From positions 43,659 to 107,658 of the forward strand of contig CACEFQ010000005.1 of the NCBI GenBank assembly GCA_902558885.1: a DNA stretch of 64,000 nucleotides. Direction: 5' to 3'. The stretch comes from an uncultured SAR116 cluster alpha proteobacterium. Lineage in GTDB: Bacteria; Pseudomonadota; Alphaproteobacteria; Puniceispirillales; Marisalimonadaceae. Shown piece after piece: positions 9,051 to 18,679 of this stretch. A model generated the notes under the pieces. That model was not told the DNA's origin and ran no database searches. It saw nothing but the letters and a program-made list of their open reading frames with translations. Within the stretch, counting starts at the first letter, position 1. The number at the start of each line of letters is the position of its first letter. Both the position numbers and the translations under genes were made by a program.

Positions 9051-9980
9051 ATGATTCAACCCTTTTATGCTAGCTCTGCAATAAATCGTCATGGAGACTA
9101 TAGGAATAATGAGAAATTACTAAATAGTATAATTACTGAAAAAGACACTAAATTCATTCCATTCTATGATGGAAAAAATCTATTCATTGAAATTAATGAA
9201 AACATAAAGCCTGTTATTTTTAATAAATTCCAACTTCATAATTTTTTTCCAAATGGAATAGGGGGGACAATTTTTTTAGGCGTAGCTAATGCCTTAAATT
9301 ATGTTGGTATAGATTTGAGTTCTCCCAATCAAAAATTTGATTTTTGGTTAAAAGAAAATAATATTATTATTGATGATTTGAGAAAATATGGTCCTATTCT
9401 AGATGATATAGAAGCATCATTTTTAGCTCTTTCTAATGGAATGTTCTTTTGGCACAAAACTCATAAATTTTGTGGTTCATGTGGGTTTGAAAACTTTTCA
9501 ACAGAAGGAGGTTTTGTGATGAAATGTACCAATTTTAAATGTGGTAAAAGTCATTTTCCAAGAACTGATCCAGCGATAATTACGCTTATTTCTTTTCAAG
9601 ACAAAGTTCTATTAGGGAGGTCTCCTAGATTTCCTGATTCTATGTATAGTACTTTAGCCGGTTTTGTAGAACCTGGAGAAAGTCTTGAGCAGGCACTTGA
9701 AAGAGAGGTTTTTGAGGAGGTGGGAATAAAGGTAAAGAATATTAAATATTTTAACTCACAACCTTGGCCGTTCCCCGCTTCACTTATGCTAGGTTTTTTT
9801 GCAGAAGCAATAAACGATGAAATGACAATTGATTATGATGAAATTGAAGATGCTCACTGGTTTTCAATTAATGAATTAAAGTCTTTACAACATCCATCTA
9901 TTAGTGGAGGTTTTAAGTTACCAAGAGTGGACTCAATTGCACGCAGATTAGTTGACACTTGGATTAATAGTTTTAATTAA
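9051..9980 (+). CDS. nudC: NADH pyrophosphatase / NAD-cap decapping Nudix enzyme
   Basis: Zn ribbon FCGSCG...C...CG, FPRTDPA, Nudix box GFVEPGESLEQALEREVFEEVG, SQPWPFPAS. Confidence 0.95.
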   Translation: MIQPFYASSAINRHGDYRNNEKLLNSIITEKDTKFIPFYDGKNLFIEINENIKPVIFNKFQLHNFFPNGIGGTIFLGVANALNYVGIDLSSPNQKFDFWLKENNIIIDDLRKYGPILDDIEASFLALSNGMFFWHKTHKFCGSCGFENFSTEGGFVMKCTNFKCGKSHFPRTDPAIITLISFQDKVLLGRSPRFPDSMYSTLAGFVEPGESLEQALEREVFEEVGIKVKNIKYFNSQPWPFPASLMLGFFAEAINDEMTIDYDEIEDAHWFSINELKSLQHPSISGGFKLPRVDSIARRLVDTWINSFN

Positions 9981-10000
9981 AAAATTTTATAAAGATAATT

Positions 10001-11065
10001 ATGATTTTTTCTCCAATTAAAATAGGAAGTTTAGAAGTTTCAAATAGGATTGTTGTCGCTCCTATGTGTCAATATTCTGCAATTAATGGAGTAATGACCG
10101 ATTGGCATACTCAGCATCTTATGCAATTAGGTTGTTCAGCAGCAGGTTTAATAATGGTTGAAGCAACTGCAGTGGAGAAGATTGGAAGAATTACACATAA
10201 CTGCGTTGGAATATATGATAATAAATGCATAGTTTCTTTAAAAAAAAATCTTCAATTAGCAAAATCAGTTGCTCCCAATAAGTCGTGTTTTGGAATTCAA
10301 TTGGCACATGCTGGAAGAAAAGCCTCTACTCAGAGGCCTTGGGAAGGAAGAAGTGCTCTTACAAAAAAAGAGAAACCTTGGAAAACCATATCTCCCTCAC
10401 CAATACCTTTTCAAGAATCTTGGCATGTTCCTCAAGAAATGAAATTATCTGATATAGAAAGAGTTAAAAAACAATTTATTTCTGCTTCACTAAAGGCTGT
10501 TGAAGTAGGATTTGATTTAATAGAAATTCATGGAACACACGGTTACTTGCTTCATCAGTTTTTATCTCCAATTTCAAATAAACGTAAAGATAAATATGGT
10601 GGAAACTTAGAAAATAGAATGAGATTTCCACTAGATATTTTCTCTGCAGTCAAAGGTGTTCTTCCTAAAGATTTTCCACTTGGTATGAGAATTACTGGTA
10701 CAGAATGGGAAACTAATGGAATTGATGAAAATGAAGCTTCGATTTTCGCAAAAGAATTAGAAAAAATTGGATGTCATTATGTCTGTGTTTCTAGTGGAGG
10801 AAATACAACTAATCCTCAAATACCAATAGGACCACATTATCAGGTTCATCTTGCAAAAAAGATAAAAAAAGATACTAGAATGGTCGTCAGAACAGTAGGA
10901 ATGATAAAAGATCCATTTGAAGCTAATAATATTATCATCAATCAAGATGCTGATATGGTAGCAATCGCTAGAGCGTTTCTATCTAATCCAAGGTGGGTAT
11001 GGGATGCAGCCAAGGTTCTTAATCACGATATCGAAGTTCCTCCACAATATGCTAGAAGAATATAA
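10001..11065 (+). CDS. NADH:flavin oxidoreductase, Old Yellow Enzyme family (YqjM/XenA-like)
   Basis: APMCQYS, IQLAHAGRKAS, EIHGTHGYLLHQFLSP, YGGNLENRMRF, PPQYAR tail. Confidence 0.93.
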   Translation: MIFSPIKIGSLEVSNRIVVAPMCQYSAINGVMTDWHTQHLMQLGCSAAGLIMVEATAVEKIGRITHNCVGIYDNKCIVSLKKNLQLAKSVAPNKSCFGIQLAHAGRKASTQRPWEGRSALTKKEKPWKTISPSPIPFQESWHVPQEMKLSDIERVKKQFISASLKAVEVGFDLIEIHGTHGYLLHQFLSPISNKRKDKYGGNLENRMRFPLDIFSAVKGVLPKDFPLGMRITGTEWETNGIDENEASIFAKELEKIGCHYVCVSSGGNTTNPQIPIGPHYQVHLAKKIKKDTRMVVRTVGMIKDPFEANNIIINQDADMVAIARAFLSNPRWVWDAAKVLNHDIEVPPQYARRI

Positions 11066-11071
11066 CTAATT

Positions 11072-11992
11072 TTATTTTTTTCTGTCAGTTAAAACGTCAA
11101 CAAGAGATTTTGAATGTTCTGGAGAAAGATTGAGCTCTTTTCTTAACTTTTCAATTTTCTTAGCTTCATCTTCGCTAATAACGCCATCACTTAGGGCCTC
11201 ATTTATTTCAGCTTCTAAAATAGCAGCTCTTTGCGCCCTTTGATTTGCAAAAGCAGAGGCAACTATACCTGTTAAAAGTGCAACAGTGCACACCCCCATT
11301 ATAGCCGTAAAAGCACCAATAACTTTACCTAAAGGAGTAACAGGTGATACATCGCCATACCCAACTGTTGTAAGAGTAATTAAGCCCCACCACATCGTTT
11401 CTGGGATTGAACTAAATTTTTCTGGCTGACTTTCATGTTCAGCTATATACATTAAAGAACTTGATAAAAATAAGGCAATAACCATTAGATATATTGCAGC
11501 ACTAAAGGATCTCCAATCAGCTTTTATAGCTGAAAAAAAGTCTTCTAAAGCTGAACTGTAGTTTGATATTTTTAATAACCTCATTAACCTCAAAACTCTC
11601 AGCCATCTTAAATCTACACCCCCAAAAAAATAAGGAAGAATTGAAGGGATTATTGCTAATAAGTCAATAATACCAGTAAAACTAAAAATATATTTTAATC
11701 TTTTTACAAAACTAGAAGAATTTCCAAAATCTTCTCGTGCCGGAGAAGACCAAACTCTTAATAAGTATTCTATAGTAAAAATAATAACTGAAAAAATTTC
11801 AAATGCATAAAAAGTATCTTTATAAGCTTCACCAATATCTTTTACGGACTCTAGACAAACTGCGGTAACATTAAGGAGTATCAATATGAATAAAATTATA
11901 TCAACATACTGACTCTGCTTATCTGAAACATGCCCTTTAGATAAAAGTTCACTTGCTCTTTTTTGAATTCTTAAATACATGATTAAGTCCAA
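11072..11992 (-). CDS. 6-TM potassium channel (voltage-gated superfamily)
   Basis: S4-like LRWLRVLRLMRLLK, pore helix SIPETMWW, selectivity filter TTVGYGD. Confidence 0.92.
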   Translation of the reverse strand: MDLIMYLRIQKRASELLSKGHVSDKQSQYVDIILFILILLNVTAVCLESVKDIGEAYKDTFYAFEIFSVIIFTIEYLLRVWSSPAREDFGNSSSFVKRLKYIFSFTGIIDLLAIIPSILPYFFGGVDLRWLRVLRLMRLLKISNYSSALEDFFSAIKADWRSFSAAIYLMVIALFLSSSLMYIAEHESQPEKFSSIPETMWWGLITLTTVGYGDVSPVTPLGKVIGAFTAIMGVCTVALLTGIVASAFANQRAQRAAILEAEINEALSDGVISEDEAKKIEKLRKELNLSPEHSKSLVDVLTDRKK

Positions 11993-12047
11993 CAGTTTAA
12001 ATTATTATCAAAATTATCTTAAATTTACATGTAATTCAGCAATTTGT

Positions 12048-12842
12048 TTATGGAGTTGCTGCAGTAAGCCCACCATCAACAACTATTTCTGTTCCAGTAA
12101 TATATTTAGCTTCGTCTGAGCATAAAAATAAAACAGCATTAGCAACATCCCACGATTCTCCCATTCTTCCCATTGGGACTTGATCATGTCTTCGTTTCAC
12201 AAATCCTTCATAATCACCATCAGCATATTTTGTTGCTAACCTTTCTACTAAAGGAGTATGCATTAGGCCTGGAACCACACAATTCAGACGAATATTTTTT
12301 TTGGCTTCAATTACAGCTGTTGTTTTTGTCATTTGTATAAGAGCGGCTTTTGAAGCGCTATAACCTACTTGAGGTTTTCCTATATACCTTAATCCTGCAA
12401 CAGATGATATATTTACAATGGATCCACCTGAATTTTTTTCCATGATTGGGATTGCAAATTTAATACAAAAATAAGCAGTATCTAAATTCAAAGTAAATTG
12501 TTTTTGCCACGTAGGGCTGTCGATCTCCACTGGCCCTCCTGGCTCTGATTGACCAACAACGTTGACTAAAATATCAACTTTTTTGTGTTCTTTTTCGATC
12601 TTCTTAAAAAACTCTTTTACTTCCTTTTCATTAGTCATATTAACCTTATGAAATGTAAAGTCGTTATCTTCTTCTTTAATAAAATTGCAAGTATTTTGTC
12701 CTGCTTTTTCATTTATATCTGTACCCAAAACCTTTGCACCCTGACGTGCTAAAAGAGTAGAAATTGCTCGACCATTGCCAAAACCACTACCAATAGAGCC
12801 ACATCCAGAAACGACTGCAATTTTATCTTTTAGATTAAGCAT
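12048..12842 (-). CDS. Short-chain dehydrogenase/reductase
   Basis: Gly-rich N-terminus GCGSIGSGFGNG, NISS, YSASK, ITGTEIVVDGG. Confidence 0.92.
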   Translation of the reverse strand: MLNLKDKIAVVSGCGSIGSGFGNGRAISTLLARQGAKVLGTDINEKAGQNTCNFIKEEDNDFTFHKVNMTNEKEVKEFFKKIEKEHKKVDILVNVVGQSEPGGPVEIDSPTWQKQFTLNLDTAYFCIKFAIPIMEKNSGGSIVNISSVAGLRYIGKPQVGYSASKAALIQMTKTTAVIEAKKNIRLNCVVPGLMHTPLVERLATKYADGDYEGFVKRRHDQVPMGRMGESWDVANAVLFLCSDEAKYITGTEIVVDGGLTAATP

Positions 12843-12916
12843 AAGAAAACCTCTTAAAGTTTTGATGTTATAGTATTAACATAAGGTATTTAATTTACAA
12901 GAAAGTATAAATTATA

Positions 12917-13750
12917 ATGAAATTTTCAAAACTAGTTGCAGATAGATATGCTGAAGAAATTGATCTAGATTTTTCAAAAATTCAAAAAACAGCAGCGCTT
13001 GAGTCAATTTTATCAAGAAGAAGTATAAGAAAGTTTTTAAAAAAACCAATATCTAAAGAACTTCTAACTTTACTTTTAGCTGCATCACAATCTGCTCCTT
13101 CAAAATCAAACCTTCAACAATACTCAATTTTAGTAATTCAAGATCCTAATATTAAAAATGAAATATCTAATTTAATAGGAAACACTAAATGGGCACTGAC
13201 GGCACCAATTTTTCTTTTATATCTTGCAGATATAAGAAGAAATATAAAAATAACTAATGACAGAGGATATGATCATAAAAACAATAATGTTGACACCTTC
13301 ATGAATAGTGTAATTGATGCAGCTTTAGCAATGCAATCAACAATATGTGCATCAGAATCTTTAGGACTGGGAGTGTGCCCAATTAGTATGATCAGAAATA
13401 TCATTGAGGAGGTTAAGGTTATTTGTAAATTACCTAAAGGAGTTTTCCCTATTGCCGGACTTGCTATTGGTTGGCCTTATCAAAAGTCAAAAGTTTCAAT
13501 AAGATTATCTCAAAATATTGTGACACATTTCGATAAATATAATGAAAAAGATTTAATTCATAAAATAAATAAATATGACGAAAGAGTGTTTAAAAAAGAT
13601 CCAATTCCAGAAAATAAGCAACGTCATATTGACCTTTATGGAGTTGCAAGAAAAGGGACGTGGTCTGAGAATATTAGCAGACAATTATCTGTTCCAGAGA
13701 GAAGTCATTTTAAAAAATGGCTTAAAAAAAATGGATTTAATCTTGAATAA
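12917..13750 (+). CDS. NfsA/Frp-type NADPH-flavin oxidoreductase (nitroreductase)
   Basis: RRSIRKF, APSKSNLQQYS, IDAALAMQ, ESLGLGVCPISMIRN. Confidence 0.9.
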   Translation: MKFSKLVADRYAEEIDLDFSKIQKTAALESILSRRSIRKFLKKPISKELLTLLLAASQSAPSKSNLQQYSILVIQDPNIKNEISNLIGNTKWALTAPIFLLYLADIRRNIKITNDRGYDHKNNNVDTFMNSVIDAALAMQSTICASESLGLGVCPISMIRNIIEEVKVICKLPKGVFPIAGLAIGWPYQKSKVSIRLSQNIVTHFDKYNEKDLIHKINKYDERVFKKDPIPENKQRHIDLYGVARKGTWSENISRQLSVPERSHFKKWLKKNGFNLE

Positions 13751-14603
13751 TATTATTTAATATTTCGTTAAACAAAACTTCATTTTCATACATTATCCAA
13801 TGACCTATGTTGAATTCCACATGAAATCTGACCTGAGGATTAATCGATCTCAGTATTGTCATTCTATCTTCTAGATAAGCTCCTACACTGGCATCTTTTT
13901 CTCCCCAAATCACGTATAGAGGTACATTTTGCTTTTTTAATATTTTAGCTAAAGTGTCAGTTGCTGAAATTGGGCGGCTTTTAATTCGGTGAGCATCAGT
14001 ATTATGTTTTTGAATATGAATCGCAAAATCATCAATTTTTTCTGAATTATGAAACATTAGTATTTCAAGATTTTTCTTATGGGCATCATACACTTCTTTA
14101 TCTGTCATCTTTGAGTGTCTGGGTATCATAGTCTTCATTTCGCCTCTTTTAGCTCCCAAACCTCCAGGTCCCACCAAAATTAATTTCTTAGGTGATAACT
14201 TTCTAATCATCAGTTGGTAAGATAAATGTCCAGCAATTAAACCGCCGAATGAAAAACCGCATAACAAAGGATTATCATTTCCTGAAATTAATTTAGTTAT
14301 TGTGTCTGCTAAATTAGAAGCAATTTTTTCTGGTGTATGAGGTTGAGCTAAATCATCTGATTCTCCAAACCCTGGCATGTCTGGGATTAAAACATTGAAA
14401 TCTTTCGAAAATGGTATTGCTTGTTTTATCCAATGTCTCCAGCTTCCATAACCACCATGCAAAAGAACTAGAGGTGTTCCCTTACCCCATGACCTCCAAC
14501 ATACATTACAACTATTAGAAGCTATTAATTTTTTTTGGGAGTTTTTTTCAATTTCAGATAAATGTTTCGAATATTTTTCAAAATTAAAATTATTATTTTC
14601 CAT
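13737..14603 (-). CDS. Alpha/beta-fold hydrolase
   Basis: LLHGGYG, DMPGFGES, nucleophile GFSFG, WGEKD, GHW. Confidence 0.92.
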   Translation of the reverse strand: MENNNFNFEKYSKHLSEIEKNSQKKLIASNSCNVCWRSWGKGTPLVLLHGGYGSWRHWIKQAIPFSKDFNVLIPDMPGFGESDDLAQPHTPEKIASNLADTITKLISGNDNPLLCGFSFGGLIAGHLSYQLMIRKLSPKKLILVGPGGLGAKRGEMKTMIPRHSKMTDKEVYDAHKKNLEILMFHNSEKIDDFAIHIQKHNTDAHRIKSRPISATDTLAKILKKQNVPLYVIWGEKDASVGAYLEDRMTILRSINPQVRFHVEFNIGHWIMYENEVLFNEILNNIIQD

Positions 14604-14738
14604 TAATTACCTCAACTTTAAATTCAAAAAAACTAACATTTTTTTTAAAAAAAATTAACAAGCAATTTATTGATCTCTTATTAATTTATAATATAAGGTA
14701 AAATAATTAAAAATATATTTGGTAATGGAGAAAACCTA

Positions 14739-15932
14739 ATGCCACATTTACCTGCATCTGACGCACTGTCTCATATTAGAGTTATTGATCTTACTAGAGT
14801 AAGATCTGGCCCAACAGCTGTTAGACAACTTGCTGATTGGGGAGCAGACGTCATAAAAGTGGAAGCCCCAGAAAGTGTGGAGCCGGACGGGGCCTTGGGT
14901 GCGTCACGGCACACGTCTGACTTTCAAAATTTACATCGTAACAAAAGAAGCATTACTCTGAACTTAAAAAAATTTGAGGCTATAGAAATTTTTATGAAAC
15001 TTGTAGAAAAGTCTGATGTGGTAGTCGAGAACTTTCGTCCAGATGTAAAGAAAAGACTTGGTATTGATTATGAGGCGTTAAAAAAAAGAAATCCTAGAAT
15101 TATTCTTGCTAGCATTTCAGGATTTGGTCAGGATGGACCATATGCAAAGAGACCAGGCTTTGATCAAATTGCTCAAGGTATGGGTGGATTGATGAGTATA
15201 ACTGGAGAACCAGGCAAGGGACCCATGAGGGTTGGTATTCCTGTAGCTGATTTAACAGCAGGTTTATTCTGTGCAATGGGAATTCAGACTGCCCTTCTAG
15301 AAAGAGAAAAATCTGGTTTTGGTCAATGGGTTAACACATCATTATTACAGGCTCAGATCTTTATGTTAGATTTTCAAGCCTCCCGATGGCTTTGTGATAA
15401 TAATGTAGCAGGACAGGCTGGCAACAACCATCCGACTAGTGTTCCGACTGGGGTTTTTAAAACTTCTGATGGTTCAATTAACTTAGCAGTTGCTGGGGAA
15501 ACAATTTGGCGACGTTTTGCTGAAGCAGTTGACAAAGGAGATTGGCTTGAAATGGAAGAATTTAAAGATGCAAAAAATCGATTAAAAAACCGAGATTATT
15601 TAAATAGCTTAATTGAAGAATTGACTGTAACCAAATCTTCAAATGAATGGGTTGAAAAATTAGAAAAGGTTGGCGTTCCTTGTGGACCAATCAATTCTAT
15701 AGATAAGGTTTTTGATGATCCTCAGGTTAAACATCTTGGTATAGCACAATCTGTTGATACAATTCCTTTTGGTGAAACTGAATTAGTAGGTCAACCCTTT
15801 AATTTGTCACGCACCCCCAGCAGTTTGAAGCAACGCCCCCCTGAAAAAGGTGAACAAAATAGTGATGTACTTTCCGAGCTAGGTTTCAGTGATAAAGAAC
15901 TAAATGATTTTAAAAATCAAGATATAATTTAA
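14739..15932 (+). CDS. Family III CoA-transferase (CaiB/BaiF/Frc)
   Basis: GADVIKVE, RNKRSITLNLK, VVENFRP, SGFGQDGPY, catalytic Asp in PVADLTAG. Confidence 0.94.
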   Translation: MPHLPASDALSHIRVIDLTRVRSGPTAVRQLADWGADVIKVEAPESVEPDGALGASRHTSDFQNLHRNKRSITLNLKKFEAIEIFMKLVEKSDVVVENFRPDVKKRLGIDYEALKKRNPRIILASISGFGQDGPYAKRPGFDQIAQGMGGLMSITGEPGKGPMRVGIPVADLTAGLFCAMGIQTALLEREKSGFGQWVNTSLLQAQIFMLDFQASRWLCDNNVAGQAGNNHPTSVPTGVFKTSDGSINLAVAGETIWRRFAEAVDKGDWLEMEEFKDAKNRLKNRDYLNSLIEELTVTKSSNEWVEKLEKVGVPCGPINSIDKVFDDPQVKHLGIAQSVDTIPFGETELVGQPFNLSRTPSSLKQRPPEKGEQNSDVLSELGFSDKELNDFKNQDII

Positions 15933-15947
15933 TATAAAGGAAATACA

Positions 15948-16736
15948 ATGACTGAAGCAAAAATGTTGGCTCGCACTCAAGATAGTGTTGGATATATAAT
16001 TTTTAATAATCCAGAAAAACATAACGCAGTATCCATAGAAATGTGGGATGCGCTTGAAAAATTTCTTAATCAGTTTAGAGACGACAACAATATTAGGGTT
16101 ATTGTTCTTGAAGGTGCAGGGGGCAAATCATTTGTTTCTGGAGCTGATATTTCTAAATTTGATAAAGAAAGAAGTACAAAAGAAGCTGTATTAAGTTATA
16201 ACAAACGAACACAAAAGGTTTATGAGCTTATTGAGGTGTTTCCAAAACCAACAATAGCCAAAATTAATGGATATTGTATTGGTGGAGGCCTCAATTTAGC
16301 TGTATGTTGTGACATAAGAATTTGCTCTGAAAAGTCACAATTTGCAATGCCTGCAGCGAAACTATCTCTTGGCTACCCTTTTTCATCAATAAAAAGATTG
16401 TTTGATATAATGGGACCTGGAATGGCCAAACACTTTATGTTTACTGCTGAAAAAATATCTTCAAAAGAGGCAGTTTCTTGTGGTTTAATTCAAAAGCTAG
16501 TTAGTGAAGAAAATTTAGAAACTTTTGTTAATAATTATGCTTTTACAATTTCTAAAAATGCTCCTTTAACTATAAAGGCAATGAAACAAATAGGTATTGA
16601 AATTTTAAAAAATCCTTCTGAAAGGGATTTGACTTTATGTGAAAATTTAGCTTCTGCTTGTTTCGATAGCGAAGATTACAAAGAAGGAAGAAAAGCATTT
16701 TTGGAAAAAAGGAAACCAAATTTCAAAGGGCTCTAA
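15948..16736 (+). CDS. Crotonase (enoyl-CoA hydratase/isomerase) superfamily protein
   Basis: FVSGADI, KPTIAKINGYCIGGG, SEDYKEGRKAFLEKRKP; canonical catalytic Glu residues absent. Confidence 0.9.
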   Translation: MTEAKMLARTQDSVGYIIFNNPEKHNAVSIEMWDALEKFLNQFRDDNNIRVIVLEGAGGKSFVSGADISKFDKERSTKEAVLSYNKRTQKVYELIEVFPKPTIAKINGYCIGGGLNLAVCCDIRICSEKSQFAMPAAKLSLGYPFSSIKRLFDIMGPGMAKHFMFTAEKISSKEAVSCGLIQKLVSEENLETFVNNYAFTISKNAPLTIKAMKQIGIEILKNPSERDLTLCENLASACFDSEDYKEGRKAFLEKRKPNFKGL

Positions 16737-16739
16737 ACT

Positions 16740-17642
16740 TTACACGGGATTATAATATTTAATTGCATTGTCGTGAAACAAACACTTAATTTCATTTTCG
16801 GGCAACTCTGCTGTTATGTTTTTAAAACCATTATAAATTTCATCAAAAGTAGCCCATAAACTATCTACAGGAAAGTTAGATGCAAACATACATCTTTCAT
16901 ATCCAAAAATATTTATCGTATCCAATATAATTTCTTTGTTGAGTTTAACAGTCCATTTTTCACCAGGAACACAAATACCAGAAATTTTAATAGCGGTATT
17001 TGGCTGTTCAGAAAATTCTTCTAAATTCATTCTCCATTGATTTAATCCATCAAGAGATCTATCAGAAGGAAGTCCTGTATGATTTAATATAATGATTGTA
17101 TCTGGAAAATCTTTTGCCAATTGAGTTGCGTCATTAAGGTGCCACCATGGAGTTTGTAGATCAAAATGCAGTTTGTATTTTTTTAATAAAGAATATCCTT
17201 TTCTAAAAACAGGATCATTTAGTGAGCCCTTTATGTTATCAAGTTTTGAATTTGAATTTTTAGTTGATTTAGGTTTATGCCTAATGCTTCTTGTGAGATC
17301 AAATGTAGACTGATTTTCTAGCACTTTTTCAATATCGTTCCTGTCAAACCATGCTTGTGCAACCAATGCATTTGGAAAGCCGGTCATTTCATATAATTTA
17401 TGAATCCATTTTGTTTCCCCAATGGGATCATTTGGATCCCACTCAGTTTCCATATGGATTGTTTTTACAATATTTTGATTTTTACTAACTTTAAAATAGT
17501 CTGATGTTAAAAAATTTTTACAAATAGATTTATAATCACCATATCTAAATGGTATTTGTTTATTTGGGTTCAACCAAGGGTTTTTCTTTAAACTTAAATC
17601 CCAGAAGTGATGGTGGGCATCGATTATAGGTATAACTTGCAT
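16740..17642 (-). CDS. Amidohydrolase_2 family lactonase-like protein (COG3618-like)
   Basis: IIDAHHHFWD, FDLQ, LNHTG, KISG, FASNFPVD. Confidence 0.88.
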   Translation of the reverse strand: MQVIPIIDAHHHFWDLSLKKNPWLNPNKQIPFRYGDYKSICKNFLTSDYFKVSKNQNIVKTIHMETEWDPNDPIGETKWIHKLYEMTGFPNALVAQAWFDRNDIEKVLENQSTFDLTRSIRHKPKSTKNSNSKLDNIKGSLNDPVFRKGYSLLKKYKLHFDLQTPWWHLNDATQLAKDFPDTIIILNHTGLPSDRSLDGLNQWRMNLEEFSEQPNTAIKISGICVPGEKWTVKLNKEIILDTINIFGYERCMFASNFPVDSLWATFDEIYNGFKNITAELPENEIKCLFHDNAIKYYNPV

Positions 17643-17652
17643 TCCAAAATTC

Positions 17653-18540
17653 TTAAATATTTTCTTTTAAATCAAATAATTTTACAATAGACGTGCCATC
17701 TAATTTTTCTTTTGATCTATTTACCAAAATTGTAAATAATTGTTTGGTTAGAGAAGACATAGGTGTTGGTGTGTTTTTAGAATTAGCTAATTTCGACACC
17801 ATTTGTAAATCTTTTAAAATCTGTGAAGCATATCCTTTAGGTACAAAATCTCTATTAACTATTCTAGGAAATAGATCATTTAACAAATTAGAGCCTGCAT
17901 GACCACTAGAGAGGGCTTCTGGAATTTTTTTTGCATCAACATTCCAAGCTTTTGCAAAGGACGCTGCCTCTGCTAAGATTGCATAATTATTTAAAACTAT
18001 TATTTGATTTATCATTTTTACTATTTGACCAGATCCAGATGAACCAAAATAAGTAAATTTTGAAGATATTGCTTCTAAAATAGGTTTAACAGTTTCTAAA
18101 ACTTTTTTATTTCCGCCTACCATAATAGCAAGGTTGCCCTCTAACGCTTTATCGGGGCCACCTGATACTGGTGCATCAATCCATGAAGCTCCTGTTTTTT
18201 TATTTATTTGATTAGCAAAATTAATTGTTTCATTAGCTAGTGTAGTTGATAAATCCAAAATAATAGTATTGTCATGAGCATTGTTAACTATACCGTCTTT
18301 CCCAAATATTACTTCTTTTACACTCTCTGTTTTATCAAGGCATAAAATAATTATGTCATTATTTTTGGATATTTCAGAAGGATTCTGGCTCAATCTGATG
18401 TTTGTTATTTTTTTTAATGGTTCAAGTTTCTCTAAATTTTTATCATAAGCTTCTATTTTGTAATCTAAGTGAGATAATCTCCTAACTAAAGACAATCCCA
18501 TTAATCCTACGCCTATAAACCCAAAACTTAGATTATTCAT
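17653..18540 (-). CDS. Beta-hydroxyacid dehydrogenase (3-hydroxyisobutyrate dehydrogenase family)
   Basis: GFIGVGLMG, DAPVSGG, GSGQIVKMINQ, KDL. Confidence 0.92.
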   Translation of the reverse strand: MNNLSFGFIGVGLMGLSLVRRLSHLDYKIEAYDKNLEKLEPLKKITNIRLSQNPSEISKNNDIIILCLDKTESVKEVIFGKDGIVNNAHDNTIILDLSTTLANETINFANQINKKTGASWIDAPVSGGPDKALEGNLAIMVGGNKKVLETVKPILEAISSKFTYFGSSGSGQIVKMINQIIVLNNYAILAEAASFAKAWNVDAKKIPEALSSGHAGSNLLNDLFPRIVNRDFVPKGYASQILKDLQMVSKLANSKNTPTPMSSLTKQLFTILVNRSKEKLDGTSIVKLFDLKENI

Positions 18541-18679
18541 TTTTAGTTCGTAAAAAGTTAAAATTTATTTATACCTGTTAAACTTAAACATACATATTAA
18601 TTGCATCAACTATTTAAATTTATTTTAAAATTTTATATTAAGAAACTTTAAGGTAAATTTTCTTGGAACAAAAACTGCC

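Noticed and set aside
14638-14655. ATTTTTTTTAAAAAAAAT 18-bp palindrome in the hydrolase / CoA-transferase spacer
   Set aside because: It is just abutting homopolymer runs, which are common in this genome.
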